DNA of 64,000 nt from Candidatus Heimdallarchaeota archaeon (GTDB lineage: Archaea > Asgardarchaeota > Heimdallarchaeia > JABLTI01): positions 32,001 through 96,000 of the forward strand of contig JABCTZ010000009.1 of assembly GCA_018238155.1 (NCBI GenBank), read 5' to 3'. Shown piece by piece: positions 50,889-60,182 of the stretch. The first letter of the stretch is position 1, and the number at the start of each line of letters is the position of its first letter. The position numbers were made by a program, and so were the translations under genes. Below the pieces are notes generated by a model. That model ran no database searches. It was not told the origin of the DNA and saw only the letters and a program-made list of their open reading frames with translations.

Positions 50889-51851
50889 TCATTGTGTGAA
50901 AGTCGAACGATTTTTCAAATAATCATCAATAAATGCTCTTATCGCAATTAACAAAGATTTCTGTGGTTTATATTTTAAAATTTGTTCCGCTTTAGTGATG
51001 TTGGCAAGAGTATCTTTTACATCAGCTTTGTCGAAATCAACATATTTTATCTTTAATTCTGTTTTTGTTTCATCAGAGATCAATTTCAAAACATCATTCA
51101 CTGATGTTCTTATTCCTGAGCCAATATTGAAATCTTCATTTCTTGCATTTGGCATAGTTCCCATTAGATAAGTGGCCTCAACAATATTATCAACATGAGT
51201 CCAATCTCTAGTTTGAGTTCCATCTCCAAAAATGTTTATGGTTTTTCCTTGGAGAGCACTAGAGAGAAATGTATTGATTGCCATATCAGGTCTTTGTCTT
51301 GCTCCAATAACTGTGAACGGTCTAATTATGGAGATATCTATTTCAGGATAAAGGCGTCTAGTAATTTCAACAATCTTCTCAACAGTTAATTTACTTACAC
51401 CATAATAGCTAATAGGATTTTTAGGATGAAGTTCATCAATTGGTAAATATTCTTGTAAACCAAATACAGAAGAACTACTAGCTACTACAACTTTCTTTAT
51501 TTTCTTTTTATTACAAATAGTTAATACTTGAGAAGTTCCTTCAATGTTTATTCTTAAACTCTTTTCTGGATTTGCTGTTGAATATCTTACACCAGGTTGA
51601 GCAGCAAAATGAAAAACAATTTCAATTTCATTAGATAGTGCCTTATTTACGCTCTCCGGGTCTAAAATTGACCCATGAATAATTTTAGTGCCTGCTTCCT
51701 CTAGCTCTTGAGCATTTAGTTGTTTCATTTTAACAGAATAATAATCAGAAAAATTATCTAATACTGTTACATTGAAACCTTTCCTCAGTAAAAGATTGCT
51801 CAAGTGATAACCGATAAAGCCTGCTCCACCAGTTACTAAAACATTAGTCAA
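50889..51851 (-). CDS. UDP-glucuronate/UDP-sugar 4-epimerase-like SDR
   Basis: TGGAGFIG, AAQPGVRYS, ASSSSV, YGVSK, RPDMA. Confidence 0.9.
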   Translation of the reverse strand: MTNVLVTGGAGFIGYHLSNLLLRKGFNVTVLDNFSDYYSVKMKQLNAQELEEAGTKIIHGSILDPESVNKALSNEIEIVFHFAAQPGVRYSTANPEKSLRINIEGTSQVLTICNKKKIKKVVVASSSSVFGLQEYLPIDELHPKNPISYYGVSKLTVEKIVEITRRLYPEIDISIIRPFTVIGARQRPDMAINTFLSSALQGKTINIFGDGTQTRDWTHVDNIVEATYLMGTMPNARNEDFNIGSGIRTSVNDVLKLISDETKTELKIKYVDFDKADVKDTLANITKAEQILKYKPQKSLLIAIRAFIDDYLKNRSTFTQ

Positions 51852-51992
51852 TTTAAAACACCAAAGATATCTATTATTTTTCTGAGGTTTATTTTTTTAA
51901 ATAATATTGATTATAAACTATTTGCTTGCTTTTGAAACATTAAATAGTTTGTTCAAGAATCAATTAGTGGTTGGAAAATCCTAGAGACAGCT

Positions 51993-53519
51993 TTAATCAA
52001 TAACAGTTTCTTCTGTAGGTGATTTTTTACGAAATGGTGCCACAATTTCCTTTATATCCGAAACTATTGACTTTAGATTAATAGTTCTACTAAAGACTAA
52101 ATACAAAATGAAAATAATTAGATTTGCTATTAATGCAAGAAGAATAAAAATCCAGTTTTCAAGATAATGTACTACTATCAAGGAAATAATTACATTACTT
52201 AACATGAAAGCAATCCACATAATAAAAGTCACAATGTCCCTTTTTTCTAGCTTAGAATTTAGCTTTATCGAATAAAAGAAGTAAAATGCCAAGAGAGAAA
52301 GTGTAGAAATTAAATATGCTAATGGTACGGCTGTTTGAATATTTTCTCCATTAAATGTGGATAAAAATATCACTTCTGGAATAACAAAAGCAACTAAGGA
52401 TAGCAATTTTCCTATTGTAAATATTTTCTCATGATTAGTATTTCTTATGTAAATAGAATAGAGGTAATTAAAGGAATCAATAACAACTACCAATAGAAAT
52501 CCATAAAAAATTATTCTAGCCCCCGCAATGTATTCATCTCCATATAGTATCTCAATGAAATATTCCCCGAAATATGAAAACACCAGCAAAATAATTCCTT
52601 GCATAATATATAGAATTGACAGGGAAATGCGGAACGATTTATGTAATTCATCCAGCTTGTTTTCATGGAAGTCTTTTGAAATTCTAGGACCAACTGCAAC
52701 GGCAATCATTTGAGCAGGTATAATTAACAAAGCTGTCAATGAAAAAGCAATATTAACATAACCTGCAAAAGAGTTACTAATAATTATTTGTGGCAGTTTT
52801 AAAAGAAAATAAAATATTACACTGTTTGTAATATCAACTAGAAATAAATTAAACCTTTTTTTGGAAAAATCAAAAATATTTATTTTCGTTGAAAAAATTG
52901 TCCGAACTGATTTAGCTTTAAAAATCAAGTAGAATATTGATATTAGTATAGATACACCAACACTACCAAATGTACAGTATATCATTTTATCAATCGTCAA
53001 CGTATTTCGTAAAATGATTATTAAAATAAGCATAGAAACGCTTTGAACTACCATCTGTATAAAATATCCGCGAAAATCTTTTAACCCAATAAAAATAAAC
53101 TGGAAGAATAAAAAACAAATATAGAATGCTGAAATTAGAAATGAATATTTGTAGGTGCTTGTATTATTTACAACAAAAAGTATAATTGAAATTATTAACG
53201 AAATTGATCCAATAATTGTAGCATATATTACTGCAGAATAAACTGATTCTCTTTTCTTTTGACTGTTCTCTCTTGGCAGATTTATTGTGAGCTGTTGACC
53301 TAATCCCAATAAAGCAATAGTTGAAATCAGTGTCATTTCATTCCAAATTACACTAAACAATCCATAGATATCTGGAGAAGAAAATCTAGCTATTATTATT
53401 CTTGACCCCATGCGAGCTAATAGTGAAATAGCATGTGACAACAACAGGAAAATCAAGCTTGCTGAGAAATATTTGTAATTATCTAGTTTATCAGTCAATT
53501 TTCCGCCTCTATTGTACAA
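51993..53519 (-). CDS. Oligosaccharide flippase (Wzx/MATE-like)
   Basis: IIARFSSPDIYG, LLGLG, ILYGDEY; about 14 TM. Confidence 0.85.
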   Translation of the reverse strand: MYNRGGKLTDKLDNYKYFSASLIFLLLSHAISLLARMGSRIIIARFSSPDIYGLFSVIWNEMTLISTIALLGLGQQLTINLPRENSQKKRESVYSAVIYATIIGSISLIISIILFVVNNTSTYKYSFLISAFYICFLFFQFIFIGLKDFRGYFIQMVVQSVSMLILIIILRNTLTIDKMIYCTFGSVGVSILISIFYLIFKAKSVRTIFSTKINIFDFSKKRFNLFLVDITNSVIFYFLLKLPQIIISNSFAGYVNIAFSLTALLIIPAQMIAVAVGPRISKDFHENKLDELHKSFRISLSILYIMQGIILLVFSYFGEYFIEILYGDEYIAGARIIFYGFLLVVVIDSFNYLYSIYIRNTNHEKIFTIGKLLSLVAFVIPEVIFLSTFNGENIQTAVPLAYLISTLSLLAFYFFYSIKLNSKLEKRDIVTFIMWIAFMLSNVIISLIVVHYLENWIFILLALIANLIIFILYLVFSRTINLKSIVSDIKEIVAPFRKKSPTEETVID

Positions 53520-53666
53520 TCTCTGAGTTATTAATTATGAAAATGGAATGTGAAACTTATTCAGACATTCATTAAGATACCTTGAAAATTACATTAATAT
53601 TTTAGGTTAAAAAACTATTTAAGGCAGCTTGTTTGCGTTAGCTTATAATCTACTATTTGTGATAAA

Positions 53667-54842
53667 ATGCATGTATGTTATGTAATCTGGAAATTTAAAT
53701 CACCAAAAAATTTCCAACAGATGGGTGGGGCAGAAAGACAATTACTAAAGATTGTTGAAAACCTAAAAAATAAGAGAGATATAAAAGTAACAATTATTTC
53801 AAAGAAATTGCCAGATGATTCAATTAAGGAATCTGTTTCACCTAATATTTCAATACAAAGGTTGAAATCATCAAATATACCATTAATTTCAGTTTTCATC
53901 TTTAGTATAGTCTTGTTTTTCCATCTAATTTTTTTGAATAAAAAGAAGAAAATAGATTTAATTCATTTACCATTACCTGATCTGTTTATACTTCCAGTCC
54001 TTATTTTAAGGAGAATATTGCATTTCCCGGTTATCGCACGAATTGCAGCAGATGAGTTATTTCCATTTAGATCACATGGATTTTGGTTTTTGGAAAGAAT
54101 AATTGTAAGAAAAATGATTCTTATGTGTGATGCTATTCAAACATTGAACGGTCAAGCTTTTGCTTATTCTAAATCCATAGGAGTAAATCAGAAGCGATTA
54201 TTCTTAATACCAAATGGAATTGAAGATCTTCACCAACCTAAAAACTATACTAACCTAACAAAAAAAATCGTTTATATTGGAGCTATGAGATTTTTTCCAA
54301 AAAAACATAAAATTGAACAGAAAAATTTGCTATTTCTAATTCATGCATTTTTTGAATTGTTGAAACACAAAAAGGATTTGAAATTAGTTATGGTAGGTGA
54401 TGGTAACTATCGTTGTTATTTAGAAAAATTAGTTAGAGAGCTAGGTATAGAAGATAATGTAATATTTACTGGCTACAAATTAAACATTCATGATTATCTA
54501 ATAAAAGCAGATATTTTCGTAAATCCTTCGCATTATGAAGGTATGCCAAATGCTGTTCTTGAAGCGATGTCAAGAGGAATCTTGACATTATGCAGTAATA
54601 TACCTGAACATAAATTTATCATTAAAGATAAAACCAACGGACTCTTGTTTGATCATACCAACATAGAAAGTTTTGTTTCAAGCATAATGGATTTTTATAA
54701 AAATCCTGAACCTCATTTTAAGATAGCTAAAAATGGCTATAATTATGTTATAAATAATCATTCCTTAGAACTTGTCATTAAATTAATTCTTGATATGTAT
54801 AAAAAAGTAACAAAAACATACCAGTTAAAAATTGCTGATTAA
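53667..54842 (+). CDS. Glycosyltransferase family 4
   Basis: GGAERQ, IPNG, EGMPNAVLEAMS. Confidence 0.93.
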   Translation: MHVCYVIWKFKSPKNFQQMGGAERQLLKIVENLKNKRDIKVTIISKKLPDDSIKESVSPNISIQRLKSSNIPLISVFIFSIVLFFHLIFLNKKKKIDLIHLPLPDLFILPVLILRRILHFPVIARIAADELFPFRSHGFWFLERIIVRKMILMCDAIQTLNGQAFAYSKSIGVNQKRLFLIPNGIEDLHQPKNYTNLTKKIVYIGAMRFFPKKHKIEQKNLLFLIHAFFELLKHKKDLKLVMVGDGNYRCYLEKLVRELGIEDNVIFTGYKLNIHDYLIKADIFVNPSHYEGMPNAVLEAMSRGILTLCSNIPEHKFIIKDKTNGLLFDHTNIESFVSSIMDFYKNPEPHFKIAKNGYNYVINNHSLELVIKLILDMYKKVTKTYQLKIAD

Positions 54843-54851
54843 CTGACATAA

Positions 54852-56081
54852 TTAACGTTTGTTTGTTGCAATTATTTCAATAATATGTTTGTCAGTAATT
54901 ATAGTCCAGTCGAATTGTTTTGAATGCCCTTTACAATTATTACTTATATTCTCTAACAATTCATCATTAGATTTTAGATTGTTAATTGCATTAACTATTT
55001 GCTCAACACTTTTTTGTTCAATTAAAAAACCAGTATATTGATGTATCACTCCATCACTAATTCCACCTACATTCGTTGCAATAATGGGCAATCCTGCACT
55101 TAACGCTTCAAGTATTACAACTGGAAAACCTTCTTTATCTCCTTCTGGTGTTTCTATTGAGGGTACAAGTAAAAGATCCACTGAATTTAGAAATTTGATT
55201 TTGTCCTTCTCAGAAATTCGACCATAGAAGATAACACTTTTTGTCAAATTATTTTCTCTTACAAAATTCTTTAATGTACCTCTTAAAGGTCCATCACCAC
55301 AAATGTGGAAATAAATATCTTTACTGTTTATTTTCTTAATAGCTTCTATTGCATAAATTAATCCCTTTTTCTCAACTATTCTGCCTAAGAAAAGAATATT
55401 GAAAGAATTCTTTGGAAATATTTTCTTTCCAACTTTTTGTGTCAATGATTTTGTATATGTACCCATTGGCACAACTTTCACTTTTTTGTTATATTGATCA
55501 ATATTTGGTTCTGAAAGTAATTTGTAGAATTTCTGTTTACCAAAATTGCTAACAATGAAAAATCGAGTTGAGTTTCTATAGATGAACTTTGCTAATTTGT
55601 TACCTAATGGCAATTTTTCCAATAAATAGAGACCTGCTGCGTGCACAATAACATAATTTTTTCTTCTCAGAAATCTTTGCATAATTGCTCCAATTAATCC
55701 TGAAGGTACTAACCAATGTGAGCTTATTATATCAATTTTGTATTTCTTAATCATATGTATTGTATTTACAAATTGAAAGATGATCAAAAATGGAATTAAT
55801 AACAAATTTTGTTTACTTTTTTTTATACTTGGTAAAATTCCATCCCCAGTTGTTAACATTTGATTTTTCTTAAGAAAATACTTGAAGCGAAATATGCTAA
55901 GACTTTTTGAAATAATTTCAACCTTCTCTTTACAATCTGGCCTATCCGGAGTTAATACAATAGTTCTGATATTCCTCTCCGAAAGATTTTCGGATAAATC
56001 AAAAACGAATCGCGGTGTACCGTAATCATTTTTAGATTTTGGAAAGGTAGTTGTAAGGACAAGCATTTTCAAGTTAAGCAC
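54852..56081 (-). CDS. Glycosyltransferase family 4
   Basis: SHWLVPSG, GRIVEKKG, EGFPVVILEALSAG. Confidence 0.93.
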   Translation of the reverse strand: MLNLKMLVLTTTFPKSKNDYGTPRFVFDLSENLSERNIRTIVLTPDRPDCKEKVEIISKSLSIFRFKYFLKKNQMLTTGDGILPSIKKSKQNLLLIPFLIIFQFVNTIHMIKKYKIDIISSHWLVPSGLIGAIMQRFLRRKNYVIVHAAGLYLLEKLPLGNKLAKFIYRNSTRFFIVSNFGKQKFYKLLSEPNIDQYNKKVKVVPMGTYTKSLTQKVGKKIFPKNSFNILFLGRIVEKKGLIYAIEAIKKINSKDIYFHICGDGPLRGTLKNFVRENNLTKSVIFYGRISEKDKIKFLNSVDLLLVPSIETPEGDKEGFPVVILEALSAGLPIIATNVGGISDGVIHQYTGFLIEQKSVEQIVNAINNLKSNDELLENISNNCKGHSKQFDWTIITDKHIIEIIATNKR

Positions 56082-56353
56082 TTCTCTAAAACCATTGTCT
56101 AGTCATTTAGCATAACAGTATTCCATTTATGGTCATTTTTTTAATTAATGTTTAACATTTCGTATTAAATAAATCAAAACAGATAATATATTTCGATTTT
56201 TTCTGAATGACAAGAAGGAGGTTTAAATTTAATATAAATACTTTGTATTAATCTAAAGTCTTAACTTTAGCTGTGCTTAAACAAATATAATAAGAAACAT
56301 TTTATTTTACTTGATTATATTTTCATTCAGTAAATAATAAGGTTAGATTAAAT

Positions 56354-58198
56354 TTGTGTGGAATTGCTGGATTTAACTGGAATAATACATCTTTAGCTGA
56401 TAAAATGATAAGCGTATTATTACACAGGGGTCCTGACAATAAAAGCATCTATTCTAATGATTTGCTAACCTTTGCTCATAGTCGTCTATCAATTATAGAT
56501 TTAAGTACAAAAGGCAACCAACCTATGACTTATCAAACCAAAGATCGATCTGCAGTCATTGTTTTTAATGGAGAAATATATAATTTCAAAGAGCTAAGGG
56601 CTATACTTTCTGAGAAAGGTTATAGTTTTAATTCTGCTTCAGATACAGAAGTTGTTTTAGCAATGTATTTGGAATTTGGTTATGAATGTGTGAACCATTT
56701 TAATGGAATGTGGTCCTTTTCAATATATGATTTAGATAAAGGAATTCTCTTCTGTTCACGAGATAGATTTGGGCAAAAACCATTTTATTACTATAATGAA
56801 AATAACAAATTTATTTTTGCATCTGAAATTAAAGCAATTATACAATATTCTGAATTGGAGATAAATAAAATAGAAAAAATTGACACTAAAGCTATAGACT
56901 TCTATATTGATGCCGGATTTATTCCTGCACCTTATACAATTTATCACAAAATACGAAAATTGAAATCTGGTGAAAATCTTGTTTTTAATTTAAAGACAAA
57001 TCAAATTGATAGAAAATGGACCTATTACGAAATTGGTGATTATAAACCTCTATATAACAAATCATATCTAAAAGAAGAAATGTTGGAATCAATAAGAGAT
57101 TCTGTAAGATTACGAATGATAGCTGATGTGCCTGTTGGGGCATTTCTAAGTGGTGGATTGGATTCAAGTCTTATTGTAGGCATAATGAAAGATTTTACAA
57201 AGATAACTGATTTACATACTTTTTCGATAGGCTTTGAGGGGGAGAAATATGATGAATCCAAATATATCGATATTGCAAAAGATTTCTATGGTACACAGCA
57301 CCACCATTATCAATTTAGAGAAAAAGATTTTCGTGAGTTATTATACAAGTATTCATATCATTATGATGAACCGTTTGGTGATTTAGCAGGCTTTCCAACA
57401 TTTGTACTTTCAAACTTAGCAAGGAAATGGGTTACTGTTGCTTTAAGTGGTGATGGTGGAGATGAAGTATTTGGTGGATATACTTATCTAGATAAAGCTA
57501 GGAAATTAGACGTTGTTCGAAAAGCGCCAACATTTATTAGAAAATCCCTATTATCAGTAACTTCAAACAAATGTTTACGTAAGAACACTTCAATTTCTTT
57601 CATCAGAGATGGTCTAAGAGCATCTTTACGGGACAAATATGAATATCCATTAGATGATTTTGAATTCTCCAAAAATAAATCAGAAACATATAAACATTGG
57701 TTAAAAAATAACATGGAGCAATGCTTGAGAAAGAGTGATGATGTTTTATTAGAAGCACTCCGGATTAATGACATTCTTTATTCAACATTTGGAGATCATT
57801 TCCTTACAAAAGTTGATCGTGCTTCTATGGCAAATTCCATTGAAGTTAGAAGCCCATTAATGGATTATCGCATATTGAATTTATCAATGAAGATTCCCTA
57901 TAAATGGAAGCATGGTTTAGTTAGAAATAAATTATTAATGCGAAAATTAGCTAAACAAATATTGCCTGCCAAGATATTAAATCGAGACAAACAAGGATTT
58001 ACACCACCAATCCAAGAATGGATAAAAGATAGTTTTTATTCAACTTTACTGTATGATTCATTGGACAATTTAAAATTATTAAATAATAATAAACTAAATT
58101 TCTACTTGAACAAGTTTACTAATGGTACTATTAGTAATCAAATGAAAATTAGATTGTTCTTGCTTTCTCAATGGTTTGATTGTTGGATGTTAAATTAA
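56354..58198 (+). CDS. asnB: Asparagine synthase (glutamine-hydrolysing)-type amidotransferase
   Basis: MCGIAG, HRGPD, RLSIID, NGEIYN, LSGGLDSS, SGDGGDE, KVDRASM. Confidence 0.95.
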   Translation: MCGIAGFNWNNTSLADKMISVLLHRGPDNKSIYSNDLLTFAHSRLSIIDLSTKGNQPMTYQTKDRSAVIVFNGEIYNFKELRAILSEKGYSFNSASDTEVVLAMYLEFGYECVNHFNGMWSFSIYDLDKGILFCSRDRFGQKPFYYYNENNKFIFASEIKAIIQYSELEINKIEKIDTKAIDFYIDAGFIPAPYTIYHKIRKLKSGENLVFNLKTNQIDRKWTYYEIGDYKPLYNKSYLKEEMLESIRDSVRLRMIADVPVGAFLSGGLDSSLIVGIMKDFTKITDLHTFSIGFEGEKYDESKYIDIAKDFYGTQHHHYQFREKDFRELLYKYSYHYDEPFGDLAGFPTFVLSNLARKWVTVALSGDGGDEVFGGYTYLDKARKLDVVRKAPTFIRKSLLSVTSNKCLRKNTSISFIRDGLRASLRDKYEYPLDDFEFSKNKSETYKHWLKNNMEQCLRKSDDVLLEALRINDILYSTFGDHFLTKVDRASMANSIEVRSPLMDYRILNLSMKIPYKWKHGLVRNKLLMRKLAKQILPAKILNRDKQGFTPPIQEWIKDSFYSTLLYDSLDNLKLLNNNKLNFYLNKFTNGTISNQMKIRLFLLSQWFDCWMLN

Positions 58199-58250
58199 AT
58201 TTAAAAATATCTTTTCATAATAAATCATTTTTCTTAAGCACAATAATTAT

Positions 58251-60182
58251 CTAAGAATATAATTTTGATGTATTCCAAACGAAGTAGTTTTCAGTTGTCA
58301 TAGCTACCGGAACATAATCATATAATGATTCAATAAAACGTGAATTTATTGTATATTGCCAAGCAAAAGACGTATTTGAATGTCTTGATGAAATGAAATA
58401 TTTAATATTAAATCTTTTCAAGATATTTAAGGCATAAAACGTATAACATTCTGTTCTAAACAATTCATTATATAGGATTTGTCTGCCATATGTGTGATTG
58501 CAATTAAATAATTCCATATTTGGCCAATTGATAAAAAGCGTGAAATTGCAACCTATTTCATTTGTTGTTCTATTTTCTATAAGAAAAACACCAATATTAT
58601 GTTGGTCTTGAATAAAATACCAACCGCTTAAAGCAGCAATGTGTGTACTGAATGTATAATCAAATGTTTCAAAAGTTCCAAAACCATTATCCTTCAGAAA
58701 TTCTCCTATTGCTTTTTCTTCTAGTGTTAGGTGTTCGTATATTGAATTTTCTCTCTGTGTAAACAAAATTGATCTATCAACAATAAACATACTATTGATT
58801 ACTGTAATAACAAAGAAGAATATCGCAAAAGTTTTTGTTTTGTTATAAAAACTTCGAAACTTCATGGACAAATGAATTTTCAATTTGTTAATTGATAATA
58901 TTATTATTGTTATCAATGATAAACTCATTATGAAAATAGCTAAAATAAAGTATGGTAAAACCTTAGTTTCGGTTAGAAAATGATAGAGTATAATGAATGT
59001 ACTAATCATTAAACCACTAATTGGACCTAAATAGTGTCGAATCCTTTTATTTTCTAAAGATTCAATTAAATTTGCGCTAATTATAGCTATTACATAACTC
59101 AAAATATATAGTGAATAAATCAATTGATACACAGGAATGAAGAAAAGGGCAAAGAAAATAAGATAGAGATTTGCTTTACTAACGTTTATTTTATCTAAAA
59201 CGTCCTGCGATTTTGGTATCAACATTATAATTATACCTATCAGTAATAGTAAAAATGATGTACCATAATGGAACCATTGGTCAACAATTGGTTGCGTTAG
59301 TAGATACATAGTTTCACTGTTAAAAATAGCCATAATATAGCAATAAATATTAAATTTAGACCTAAAGAAAACATTGCTAAAATTTAAACCTAAAATAAGA
59401 AATCCCACTAAAACTAACCCAAGAAGACTAAATATCCAAAATCTTTGTTTAAAGTAATTATAGAACTTAATACCCCCAATTTTCCTCTTTCTTTTCCTTT
59501 CATCTAAACTCTCAATTTCATCTTCTTTGATACTAATTTTCTCTGTATGAAAATTAACCAGAAAATCCTTTTTACTCCATTTTTCAATTAAAAAGAATAA
59601 TATTGACAGAGCAATTATGCCAAATAGAATCACTGCCATACGATGTATGAAATTTAGCGTTATACTTAAACCAATTGCAATTATGAGTGGGGTTGCTTTT
59701 CTTCTTTTATTGAACCTTAGCAATAGCATTAAAACTAAAGGTAATATTGCGAAAAAGGGAAATCTAGAGGATGTCTGATAATAGCTAAATGATAAAATAT
59801 TTGGTATTGTAGTTAAAAATAAAATGAAATATAGTTTTGTCGATTGTTTAAAATCCAATTCTTCTGCCAAATAGTAAGAGCTAATTACAAAAATTACCAG
59901 GAACACTAAATCAAATAATAATGTTGCTGCAATGATATTATTTCCTCCTATCAACAAAAAGAAGCATAAAATAAATAGTATTCCAATAGGATATCCTGAA
60001 TAAGGAACTAGTCCCAATAAAGTCCAAATATTAAAACCATTTGAGAAATATTCACCTCTAAGTATCAATTGAGCTTCCCAAATAGCTGTAAATCCATCTG
60101 AACCTTGAGGAAGTAGCATTCTAGGAATCCGTATCAGAATATTAACAATAAATGTTATGAGAATTATATGCTTACCCTTCAT
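58251..60182 (-). CDS. GT-C-like polytopic membrane protein
   Basis: LIR...GSDGF...G...YP first loop; IHRM; about 14 TM; C-terminal soluble domain. Confidence 0.6.
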   Translation of the reverse strand: MKGKHIILITFIVNILIRIPRMLLPQGSDGFTAIWEAQLILRGEYFSNGFNIWTLLGLVPYSGYPIGILFILCFFLLIGGNNIIAATLLFDLVFLVIFVISSYYLAEELDFKQSTKLYFILFLTTIPNILSFSYYQTSSRFPFFAILPLVLMLLLRFNKRRKATPLIIAIGLSITLNFIHRMAVILFGIIALSILFFLIEKWSKKDFLVNFHTEKISIKEDEIESLDERKRKRKIGGIKFYNYFKQRFWIFSLLGLVLVGFLILGLNFSNVFFRSKFNIYCYIMAIFNSETMYLLTQPIVDQWFHYGTSFLLLLIGIIIMLIPKSQDVLDKINVSKANLYLIFFALFFIPVYQLIYSLYILSYVIAIISANLIESLENKRIRHYLGPISGLMISTFIILYHFLTETKVLPYFILAIFIMSLSLITIIILSINKLKIHLSMKFRSFYNKTKTFAIFFFVITVINSMFIVDRSILFTQRENSIYEHLTLEEKAIGEFLKDNGFGTFETFDYTFSTHIAALSGWYFIQDQHNIGVFLIENRTTNEIGCNFTLFINWPNMELFNCNHTYGRQILYNELFRTECYTFYALNILKRFNIKYFISSRHSNTSFAWQYTINSRFIESLYDYVPVAMTTENYFVWNTSKLYS

